From positions 512,001-576,000 of the forward strand of contig CAVVPN010000004.1 of NCBI GenBank assembly GCA_963750165.1: a stretch of 64,000 nt of DNA, read 5' to 3'. Below are positions 52,629 to 64,000 of this stretch, one piece after another. The notes under the pieces are model-generated. The model was given only the letters and a program-made list of their open reading frames with translations, was not told the DNA's origin and made no database searches. A program made the position numbers and the translations under genes. Each line of letters starts with the position of its first letter. Within the stretch, counting starts at the first letter, position 1. The stretch is from an uncultured Gemmataceae bacterium (lineage in GTDB: Bacteria; Planctomycetota; Planctomycetia; Gemmatales; Gemmataceae).

Positions 52629-55067
52629 CTACTTCGCCAGCGGATCGAAGCCGATCAGCCGCTGCCCTGTCTGCAGCGTGGTCGGCCGCAGGTTGCCCAC
52701 CAGAATCGCCAGCTGGGAGCGCAAGGTCGCGTCCGTCTTGGGACTGCCGAACAGCGCCCGCAGGTCGAGCGACCTCTCCTTGGGCAGCGACACGCCGAAC
52801 TGTTTGACATGACGGTTCAGCTCCGCCGCCGCCTGGATGCGCAGCCCCTTGTCGCGCTTGCCGTCCAGCACAACCTCGGCCAGGTGCTGCTGCGCCGGAG
52901 AGCCTGGGAAGCGGCCCAGGATTTCCAGCGCCAGTGGCGCCGTGGCGTCGTGGCGCAGCGCCGCCAGCACTTCCGGCTCCGCCCGCCGCACGTCGTAACC
53001 GGGCAACTCGCCGATCGCCATGCGCCGCAGCGCGTCCAGCGACTGCCTGGCAGCCTGGGCCCGCTCCGCCTTGCTCCACGGCTGCGGCGGGCTCTTGCGG
53101 AAGTCGGCGTTCAGCCAGCGCCGCGCCTCGAGCGGCGCCTTGCGGTACGTCTCCGGCTGCTGCACCGTCTTGACCGCCGTCTCAATCTCGCGCTTCAACT
53201 CGGCCTTGTTGAAGGCATACGCCTCCGGCAGCACAAAGACGTTGCGCCGCCCGGTACTGAAGCGGGCCAAACCCTCGCGCCGCTTGGCCGGCGCCAGCAG
53301 CAGAATGGGCATGGTGCCGGCATCCGCGTCGCGGCGCAGCTGCGCCAGCACCTCCGGCAGGTCGGATTCGGGCACCGTGTCGTTCACCAGGATCACGTCA
53401 TAGTCCGCGGATTCGCGCAGGCGCTTGAACGCCTCCTTGAGGTTCGGCGTCACGGTCGCGCTGTAGCCGGCGTCCGCGAGCACCTGGCTCCATTTGGCAC
53501 CGCGCTCGTCGTTGACGAACACAATCAGGGCCTTCGGCTGCGTCCCCCCGGCGGTGAAGCGGCGCAGCACGTCCACCAGGCGCGTGGACGTTACCAGCGC
53601 CTTTTCCGTCGGCAGGTTCAGCAGGGCGGTCGCGGCGGCAAACTGCACGCGCCGGTCGGGGTAGAACAGGGCATTGACGAGCAACCCGGTGCCGCCGGTC
53701 GGCGACGGCTGCGCAGCGCGCGTCTCGCCGCGCGCCCCCAGTGCCTGGATGATCGGCAGCGCCACCGCCAGGTTGTGCTCCGCCAGCGCCCGCTTGAGCG
53801 CCGTCAGCAGCAGATCGGCGTCCACCGTCTTGAGCAGCTGGTTGATCGCCTGGATCGGCTGCTGCACTTCCGCGTCCTTGCTGGGCACGAACAGGTGTTC
53901 GAGGCGGTCGTTGAGGTTGCGCTCCAGTGTCAGGTTCAGATACGCGACTTGCGCCGGCCGATACGTGGGATCAAGGTCGAGCGCCTCCCTGGCATAGCGC
54001 TGGCCGAAAAACTCCTCCGCCTGGCTGGCCTTGAGGACGACCGGTTTGGGGTCGATCTTCTTGCCATCCCACTCCCAGATGCGGACGCGCTCCGGGTCGC
54101 TGAAGCGAACGCGGTGCTCGTAGTAGCGCTCGGCCAGGGCCGTCAGCGCCACCTTGGCGGGCGGCAGCTTGCTCACGTCCATCTCCTGAAGGTATGCCAG
54201 CAACTCCTTCGCACGCTGGCGGACCAGCTCGGGATAGCGCTTTGAGGCGGACAGGTGCCAGAGGTACGGCAGGCAGCGGGGATCGGCGCGTTTTTTGAGG
54301 ATCTCGAGCAGGGCGAGGCGCAGGTCCACGTCCTTGTAGTCGGCGGGGCTCTGGGCCTTGAGCACTTCGAGGAAGGGCGGCACGATGTCGCGGTCGAGTT
54401 CGAGCATCACCTCGATGAGGCGGTGGTGTTCGGGGGTGCCGGCGGTGGCGCGCAGGGCCTCAATGAAGTACGGCGTCACCCGCTCGCGGGCGCGCTTGAG
54501 CTGGGCCAGGGCGAAGGCGCGCTGCTGCGGCGTGGGGGCGCTCAGGTTCTTGATGAACTTGCGGATGCGCTCGGGGTCGCTCAGTTTGCGGTCGAGGGCC
54601 ACGGTGATGCGGTCGATGAGCGATTTGACGTTGTTCTCGGCCTCGGTCTGCAACTCGGGGTTGTCGTACCAGCGCCGCACCTCCTGCAAGCGCAGGAAGA
54701 CATTCATGCCCTCGGCGTCCTCGATCGTGAGCAGGTCGTTGTCGATGGGCTCGGCGGGCTGCTTCTTGAGCATCTGAGCGAGGAGCAGGCCGGCGACATC
54801 GAACTTGCCGGTCTGCATCTCAAAGTTGATGGCGGCCCAGAACTCGATGCCGGTGGTCGGCGCCTTGAAAAAGACACGATAATCCTGCTCCGCCTTGACC
54901 AGCGCCCGCTTCAGCGCCGCCTGCCGCAGAGCGGCCTTGTCCACCTCCACAGGCAGCCCTTTTTTCTTCTTGCCGTCATCCTTCTGGCCACGCAGCACCG
55001 CCGGCGTGCCCGCCAGCGCGAGCAACATCACACAGCCGACCAGGTAAAGCCCAATGCGCTGCCACAC
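52629..55067 (-). CDS. Secreted HEAT-repeat protein with receiver-like segment
   Basis: GTG start with GGAGG RBS, signal peptide, alpha-helical HEAT-like repeats, 'YDVILVN...MPILLLA' receiver-like region. Confidence 0.7.
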   Translation of the reverse strand: MWQRIGLYLVGCVMLLALAGTPAVLRGQKDDGKKKKGLPVEVDKAALRQAALKRALVKAEQDYRVFFKAPTTGIEFWAAINFEMQTGKFDVAGLLLAQMLKKQPAEPIDNDLLTIEDAEGMNVFLRLQEVRRWYDNPELQTEAENNVKSLIDRITVALDRKLSDPERIRKFIKNLSAPTPQQRAFALAQLKRARERVTPYFIEALRATAGTPEHHRLIEVMLELDRDIVPPFLEVLKAQSPADYKDVDLRLALLEILKKRADPRCLPYLWHLSASKRYPELVRQRAKELLAYLQEMDVSKLPPAKVALTALAERYYEHRVRFSDPERVRIWEWDGKKIDPKPVVLKASQAEEFFGQRYAREALDLDPTYRPAQVAYLNLTLERNLNDRLEHLFVPSKDAEVQQPIQAINQLLKTVDADLLLTALKRALAEHNLAVALPIIQALGARGETRAAQPSPTGGTGLLVNALFYPDRRVQFAAATALLNLPTEKALVTSTRLVDVLRRFTAGGTQPKALIVFVNDERGAKWSQVLADAGYSATVTPNLKEAFKRLRESADYDVILVNDTVPESDLPEVLAQLRRDADAGTMPILLLAPAKRREGLARFSTGRRNVFVLPEAYAFNKAELKREIETAVKTVQQPETYRKAPLEARRWLNADFRKSPPQPWSKAERAQAARQSLDALRRMAIGELPGYDVRRAEPEVLAALRHDATAPLALEILGRFPGSPAQQHLAEVVLDGKRDKGLRIQAAAELNRHVKQFGVSLPKERSLDLRALFGSPKTDATLRSQLAILVGNLRPTTLQTGQRLIGFDPLAK

Positions 55068-55093
55068 GCGAGTTGCCTCCCCAAATGAAGAAT

Positions 55094-55213
55094 CAGCCAC
55101 AGAGGACACAGAGAACACAGAGAGAAGAAAAAAGGATCGGGAAAAGACCATTAATATGTTTGTCTTGATCTCTCCTGGTTTTTCTCTCGGTGTCCTCTGT
55201 GTCCTCTGTGGCT
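55094..55213. repeat. Long palindromic element (CCACAGAG-N-CACAGAG family)
   Basis: AGCCACAGAGGACACAGAGAACACAGAGAG ... CTCTCGGTGTCCTCTGTGTCCTCTGTGGCT with AT-rich spacer. Confidence 0.85.
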
Positions 55214-55226
55214 AATTCTGTGTTTC

Positions 55227-56510
55227 TCAAATTTCCAGTTCCGGGCGGACCAGATCCTCATACGTTTCCCGCCGCCGCACCAGCCGATGGCTGCCCCCCT
55301 CGACCAGCACTTCCGCGGCGCACGGCCGACTGTTGTAGTTGCTGGCCATCGCCATGCCGTAGGCGCCGGCGCTGAAGGTCGCCAGCAAATCGCCGCGGCG
55401 CAGTTCCGGCAGCCGTCGCTGCTTCGCCAGAAAATCGCCCGACTCGCACACCGGCCCGACCACGTCCACCGGCCGCGTGTCCGGGATGTCCACCTCGTAA
55501 TCCTCCGGCGGCGCCGGCAGCCCAGGCGGCGGTGCCACCGGCCAGATGCGGTGAAACGAGTCGTACAGCGTCGGCCGGAGCAGGTCGTTCATGGCGGCGT
55601 CCTGAATGACGAAGTGTTTGCCGCCCGACTCCTTGGTGTAAATCACCCGACTGACCAGGACGCCGGCGTTGCCGACGATGAACCGTCCCGGCTCCAGCAC
55701 CAGTTTGCAGCGGGCCTGCTTGACCGCCGGCAAAATCACCTCCGCGAACGCACTCGCCGGCAGCGCCTCCTGCTTGCGGTAGTGGATGCCGAAACCGCCG
55801 CCCATGTTCAGGTACTCGATCTGATGGCCCTGCCGCCGCAGTTGCTCGATCAGGACCAGGCCCTTTTCGAGACCCTGGCGGTAGGGCTGGGCGGACAGGA
55901 TCGGTGAACCCAGATGCATGTGCAGGCCGACGATGCGCACGTGCGGGTTCCCTACCATGTTACCAGCAAACTCCAGGACCGTGTCAATGTCCAGTCCGAA
56001 CTTGACCCCCTTGACCGAGGTGTCCGTCTTGGCGTGCGTCTTGGGCGGCAGATCCGGATTGACCCGCAGTGCCACCTGCGCCACCTTGCCAACGCTGCTG
56101 GCCACGTCCGCCAGCGCCAGCAGTTCGCCTTCGCTCTCCACGTTGAAGAGAAAGACGCCGTTCTCCAGGGCGTAGCGCATCTCGCCGTCGGTCTTGCCGA
56201 CGCCGGCGAAGACGATTTTGGAACCGGTGCCGCCGGCCGCGAGGGCGCGGTAGAGTTCGCCGCCGCTGGTCACGTCGAAGCCGGCGCCATGCTCGCCCAT
56301 GAGGCGGCAAAGGTTCACATTGGGGTTGGTCTTGATGCTGTAGCAGATGAGCGGGGCGGCGGCGGCGAAGGCCTGCTGCAACTGCGTCAGGTGGTGCAGC
56401 AACGTGCGCCGGCTGTAGACGTACAGGGGCGTGCCGTGGGCGGCGGCCAGGGTGGGGATCGGGACCTCCTCGCAGTGGAGGACGCGGTCGCGGTAGTGGA
56501 AGTGGTCCAT
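55227..56510 (-). CDS. lysA: Diaminopimelate decarboxylase
   Basis: YSIKTN, HMHLGS, EPGRFIV, GPVCESGD, GAYGMAMASNYNSRP. Confidence 0.96.
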   Translation of the reverse strand: MDHFHYRDRVLHCEEVPIPTLAAAHGTPLYVYSRRTLLHHLTQLQQAFAAAAPLICYSIKTNPNVNLCRLMGEHGAGFDVTSGGELYRALAAGGTGSKIVFAGVGKTDGEMRYALENGVFLFNVESEGELLALADVASSVGKVAQVALRVNPDLPPKTHAKTDTSVKGVKFGLDIDTVLEFAGNMVGNPHVRIVGLHMHLGSPILSAQPYRQGLEKGLVLIEQLRRQGHQIEYLNMGGGFGIHYRKQEALPASAFAEVILPAVKQARCKLVLEPGRFIVGNAGVLVSRVIYTKESGGKHFVIQDAAMNDLLRPTLYDSFHRIWPVAPPPGLPAPPEDYEVDIPDTRPVDVVGPVCESGDFLAKQRRLPELRRGDLLATFSAGAYGMAMASNYNSRPCAAEVLVEGGSHRLVRRRETYEDLVRPELEI

Positions 56511-56574
56511 GCGCTGTTATGGTTCCTGTTTCGGGGGAAGGTGGAACTACGAACGAAGCAAACCGCCTTCTCGA

Positions 56575-57804
56575 TCACCTTTTGACACCGACGCACCACA
56601 GGTGCTGATTGGTGCGCAGGAAGATGTCGCCGTTGGAGATCGCGGGGGACGAGTTGGTCGTCTCACCGGGGCTCAGGCGGTTGGTCGCGAGCAGCTCATA
56701 CTTCGGGCCGGCCTTGAAAATGAAGGTGGTGCCGTCGCGAGCCATGACGTAAATCTTGCCGTCGGCGTGGACCATCGAGCCCCAGTTCAGCGTGGTCGGA
56801 CGCTTCGCCACCTTCCAGACTTCCTTGCCGGTTTGCAGCTCGTAGCAGTGCGGCACACCGCTCTCTTCCATGATGTAAACGTGGTCATCGACGAGGACGC
56901 CCGAGCCGACGCGCTGGATGTTTTTAGGGTGCAGCCAGAGCCGGTCCTTGGTGATGTTGCCGCTGCCGCCGAGATTGACGGCCAGGGCAGCGCCGTTGAA
57001 ACCGGACATGGCGACGGCGCTGTTGTGCTTCGCGCTGTACAGCGGTGAGGTGTAGACGTAGATGGTCAGACCGTCGCAGGACCACAGCGGCTTGCCGTCC
57101 TTCGGATCGACGCTGCGGAACTTGAAGTCGGCGCAGTACAGGAGCTGGTCCCGGCCCTCGACCTGGGCGACGACCGGCGTCACCCAGGAGCCGGCCTTTT
57201 CGTCGCGCTGCCAGACCGTTTTGCCGGTCTGCTTGTTGACGGCGAGCAGGTAGTTGCGGCCCACCTTTTCGTTGGGCCCGCACCAGAGGATGCACAGGTC
57301 GTTATAGAGCACGGGCGAGGCGGCGTTGCCGAACTGGTGGTCAAACTTGCCGAGGTCGGTGCGCTTCCACAGTTCCTTGCCCTGGAAGTCGTAACAGTAC
57401 ATGCCGGCCGAGCCGTGGCTGACGACGACGCGCTCGCCATCGGTGACCGGCGAGGCGTTGCAGTACCAGTCCTGCGTCCAGTTGCGCTCCTTGGCGGTGT
57501 AGCGAACGTCGCTCTTCCAGAGATGCTTGCCGTCGGCGCGGGCGAAGCACAGCAGGCTGCGGACACTGCCGCCCTTGTTGGCCATCGTCAGAAAGATGCG
57601 GTCGCCCCAGACGACGGGCGTGGAGTTGCCGGGGTGCGCCAGCGGCACCTTCCACTTGATGTTTTCGGTCGGCCCCCAGGTCGTCGGCAGGCCCTTTTCC
57701 GCGCAGTGGCCCTGGCCGGTTGGGCCGCGCCAGGCGGGCCAGTTGTCGGCCGCGGCGGCGGCGGTGCAGGTCAAGAGAGCCACGGCGGCGAGGAGGCGGG
57801 TCAT
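56575..57804 (-). CDS. PQQ-like beta-propeller (BamB-like) protein
   Basis: Signal peptide, NWPAWRGP, repeated ASPV...W motifs. Confidence 0.9.
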   Translation of the reverse strand: MTRLLAAVALLTCTAAAAADNWPAWRGPTGQGHCAEKGLPTTWGPTENIKWKVPLAHPGNSTPVVWGDRIFLTMANKGGSVRSLLCFARADGKHLWKSDVRYTAKERNWTQDWYCNASPVTDGERVVVSHGSAGMYCYDFQGKELWKRTDLGKFDHQFGNAASPVLYNDLCILWCGPNEKVGRNYLLAVNKQTGKTVWQRDEKAGSWVTPVVAQVEGRDQLLYCADFKFRSVDPKDGKPLWSCDGLTIYVYTSPLYSAKHNSAVAMSGFNGAALAVNLGGSGNITKDRLWLHPKNIQRVGSGVLVDDHVYIMEESGVPHCYELQTGKEVWKVAKRPTTLNWGSMVHADGKIYVMARDGTTFIFKAGPKYELLATNRLSPGETTNSSPAISNGDIFLRTNQHLWCVGVKR

Positions 57805-57826
57805 GGCGGTTCCCTCTGGTGTTCCA

Positions 57827-57885
57827 GGTAGCGGAAGTCGCCAGACTTCCACAGCGCCGTCGGAAGTCTGGCGACTTCCGCTACC
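57827..57885. repeat. GTAG-type REP doublet, 24-bp perfect arms
   Basis: GGTAGCGGAAGTCGCCAGACTTCC ... GGAAGTCTGGCGACTTCCGCTACC. Confidence 0.9.
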
Positions 57886-58030
57886 GTTCTCCGCTCCAGG
57901 CGGAATGCGGCGGACGCTGGGGTTACTGTATGGGGAGCCGCCGACGACAGCCACGCCACGCCGCGCCCAGCGGGAATGTGCTAGCCTTGGCGCATCAGGT
58001 TGTTGAACTCGGGTTCAGGAGGGCGCGTCC

Positions 58031-58792
58031 GTGCGGTGCATGAACTGCAACATGGTCATGGCGGCGAACGACTCGCACTGCCTGTCGTGCGGCATGAAGC
58101 TGACGTTGCCGGAGCGCGGCTCCGTCAGGGGTTACACCTACGGCGCGGCGCCGGTAGTGCCGCCGCCGGGCATGACGGCCTACGGTCCCGCCGTCGCGGG
58201 CGGTGGCGGCAGCCGGGCCGGTCGCATCGTGAAACGGTTGGTGGGCGTGGCGGCGCTCGCGCTGGGCAGCCTGCTGCTGCTGGCCGCCGTGGCGCACGGG
58301 CTGGACAGCAAGCCGAAGGAGGCGCCGCCGGCGCCGCGCACCGTGACCGCCGCCGAGCTGGCCCAGGTCAAGGACCCGGCCAAGCTCGCCGACGCGTGGG
58401 TGGTCTACGAGGCTCCGAAGGTGCTGGACACGCAGGTGGAACTCGTCAGCGGCCGGTTCACCAAGAAGACGAAGGTGCGGTTCGCGCTGGTCCAGGTGCA
58501 GGATCGCTGGTTGCTCGCCGAGGTGCCGCCGAACTTCGCCGGCACGCGCCTGGAGGGCCGCCTGACGAAGTGGAACACGCCGTTTTACGACAACGTGGTG
58601 AGCAAGGCGCGGACGGGCTTCCCCAACGAGTGCCGCCGGCTGCTGCCGGTGCAACTCGACTGCGAGTTCGACCGCGCCACCGACGGCCAGCGGAATGACC
58701 GGACGTTTACCATCGGCGTGGGCGTGGTGGGCTTCTTTATTCTCCTGCTCGGGTTGAAGTTCGTGACGGTTCGCAGCCCGAGGCTGGCCTGA
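58031..58792 (+). CDS. Zinc-ribbon two-TM hypothetical protein
   Basis: CMNC...CLSC, two TM helices flanking a periplasmic domain. Confidence 0.7.
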   Translation: MRCMNCNMVMAANDSHCLSCGMKLTLPERGSVRGYTYGAAPVVPPPGMTAYGPAVAGGGGSRAGRIVKRLVGVAALALGSLLLLAAVAHGLDSKPKEAPPAPRTVTAAELAQVKDPAKLADAWVVYEAPKVLDTQVELVSGRFTKKTKVRFALVQVQDRWLLAEVPPNFAGTRLEGRLTKWNTPFYDNVVSKARTGFPNECRRLLPVQLDCEFDRATDGQRNDRTFTIGVGVVGFFILLLGLKFVTVRSPRLA

Positions 58793-58904
58793 GCGCCTGG
58801 GTGTTCGGGGCCGGGCGCCGGTTCATCAGAGCTTCGACGGTGGCGCGGAGTTGCGATTGGCCGGCGCGAGTCGCTACAATAGCCGACTCACAGGAGCGTG
58901 TGTC

Positions 58905-59484
58905 ATGGCAGAAGCGGCAGTCGGCCCCAGCGGTTGGGAAAGGGCGCTCGTGGCAGCGGAAAAGGTCAAGGAACGCCTGCGCCGGGCCACCCGTGCGCTG
59001 GACGCGGCCGGCGTGCCCTACGCCGTCGCCGAGTGGGTCGGCCGCGTCGATGAGGACGCCGTCCACAACACGCGCGACGTCGATCTGCTGGTCCGCCGCG
59101 CCGACCTGGCCGCCGCCCGCGCCGCGCTCGAAGCGGCCGGCTTTGTTTACCATCATCTCCTCGACATCGACCTGTTCCCTATTCATCGACGGGTCGCACG
59201 GCAAACCGAGCGGCGGCATCCATCTTCTGTACGCTGGCGAAAAAGTGCGGCCGGAGGACGAGCACCCCTTGCCGAACCTTGACGAATCGGAGCGCGCCGT
59301 CGAATTTCAAGTGGTCACCCTCGAAGCCCTGGTGCGGATGAAGTTGATCGCCTGGCGCGACCTGGACTGTACTCACCTCCGCGACATGATCGGCGTCGGC
59401 CTGCTGGACGCCACCTGGCCCGCCCGCTTGCCGCCGCCGCTCGATGCACGCTTGCAGCAGTTGCTCGATGACCCGAACGGGTGA
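58905..59484 (+). pseudogene. Nucleotidyltransferase-family protein, frameshift near 59178 and apparent small deletion
   Basis: NTRDVDLLV motif; LEALVRMKL...D..HLRDMIGVGL lies in a second frame. Confidence 0.75.
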
Positions 59485-59485
59485 G

Positions 59486-59675
59486 CTACTGCGGCGGCGC
59501 TGAGGGTTTGCGCGCCTCCCACTCCTTCCGCCACTTCGCCGCCTTGTCCTGCCGGCCCGTCGCCTCGTAGAGCTGCACCAGCCGCTCCACGGCCTCGGTC
59601 AGGCGGACCTTTCCTTGCGGCGGGATCGTCTTCTCCCGTTGCTTCAGCCCCTCGTAGCCCGTGAGCAGCAGCGGA
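59486..59675 (-). pseudogene. Orphan C-terminal fragment of a kinase-TPR gene
   Basis: PLLLTGYEGLKQREKTIPPQGKVRLTEAVERLVQLYEATG aligns with the C-terminus of 60571-64000. Confidence 0.85.
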
Positions 59676-59706
59676 CTGGTCCTCCTGGTCAATGGCCGCA
59701 CGGCCG

Positions 59707-59875
59707 TTATTTCTTCTCCTCTTTCGGCGACTTCACCTGTTCGCGCACGGTCAGGGTGAAGGCGCCGGCGCCGCCGTTGAATGAGGTCGCCCGGATGTGA
59801 TAGGTCCCGTCTTGCGTGGCCGGGAAGACGATGCGGGCGTTGCGGCCGCCGCCGCTGTCTTCCGCAGCCAGTCTC
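59707..59875 (-). pseudogene. Orphan PPC-domain C-terminal fragment
   Basis: LAAEDSGGGRNARIVFPATQDGTYHIRATSFNGGAGAFTLTVRE. Confidence 0.7.
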
Positions 59876-59878
59876 TTG

Positions 59879-60307
59879 TCAGTCCAGCCAATTCTCGACG
59901 CGCAAGCCCGGCACGCGTTCAAAATCGGTGCGGTTGGCGGACAGGAGAAGTGCGTGGTGGACCAGCGCCGTTGCCGCGATTTTCAGATCCATGGTGCCGA
60001 GGCGAAGTTTCTGCTGACGCAGTTCGTCAAATTGCCGGGCCGCAGCCTCATCGAACGGTACGATTTCAAACTCCTGGTAAAACTCGAACAGCAAGGCCAG
60101 TTCGCGATACCCGAGGACTTGCCGCAGTGCCGACTTCTCCCTGGCGATCACCGCCTACCAGCCGCGCATCCGTTCCTTGACCGTGACCATGGCCACACCG
60201 ACGACTTCGGATTCCGGCACTGCTTCCAGGCGTTCAATCAAGCGCCGGCCCCGTTCGCTGTCGGGGTATTTCAAAAAAGTCGTGTGATCCGTGTCCAGGA
60301 GAATCAT
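59879..60307 (-). pseudogene. vapC: VapC (PIN) toxin with in-frame TAG at codon 51
   Basis: MILLDTDH...MRGW*AVI...MDLKIAATAL...SANRTDFERVPGL; stop at 60155-60157. Confidence 0.88.
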
Positions 60308-60516
60308 TCGGCCAGCCCCTCGCGCCGGGCTGCCTCACGCTCGGCTTCGCGCATGCGTAAGCATTCCTCATCGACTGCGCGCATGAACTCGCTGTCGCGG
60401 AACATGCCAACGACTTTGCGCCAGTCCTTGCGCGCGTGGTTGGGTCCGGTCGTTGCGAGGGCGTTCTCCAGGGCTTCGACACGTTTGGCAAGGGATTCCA
60501 GGGTCAATTCATCCAT
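60304..60516 (-). CDS. Putative antitoxin
   Basis: 70-aa ORF whose TGA overlaps the vapC ATG (ATGA). Confidence 0.75.
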   Translation of the reverse strand: MDELTLESLAKRVEALENALATTGPNHARKDWRKVVGMFRDSEFMRAVDEECLRMREAEREAARREGLAE

Positions 60517-60570
60517 CGTCGGCTCCTTCAGATACTCGAGTAATTCTCCCACCATTTTACGTTGCCAGGT

Positions 60571-64000
<3,430 letters not shown>

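Noticed and set aside
55068..55151. N-terminal extension of the HEAT protein (FLLSVFSVSSVA)
   Set aside because: It is the translation of the palindromic repeat; GTG 55067 has a proper RBS and signal peptide

Overview
High-GC bacterial chromosomal segment, most likely a planctomycete of Gemmataceae type. This is inferred from a TIGR02996-like LRR protein, a DUF1559 prepilin-like gene with its partner lipoprotein, PQQ-like propellers, a planctomycete-type exosortase and Ser/Thr kinase-TPR proteins. Housekeeping genes include arfB, comB, glyQS, cobU-cobT-cobD, rpmE-prfA-prmC, cysH, wcaJ and lysA. Accessory patches are: (i) 18.4-21.8 kb, a decayed RAYT/Y1 transposase with 24-bp inverted ends next to a 1507-bp DDE IS with an 8-bp target duplication; (ii) 29.1-30.8 kb, an integrase-less integron-cassette-like islet (promoter, attC-like sites, 38-bp flanking direct repeats) containing a perfect 27-bp antisense copy of neighbouring glyQS; (iii) 41-45.4 kb, two small secreted paralogs plus three secretin-N-domain-only paralogs; (iv) 58.9-64 kb, a kinase with 12 tandem 42-aa TPR repeats followed by a VapBC module with a dead toxin and orphan alternative C-termini. 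Several distinct REP/REPIN-like palindromes occur; one is translated in frame inside a glycosyltransferase and two supply stop codons. Many genes carry single frameshifts that may be assembly errors. No rRNA, tRNA or CRISPR array was seen. All family assignments come from motif recognition by eye, not from searches.
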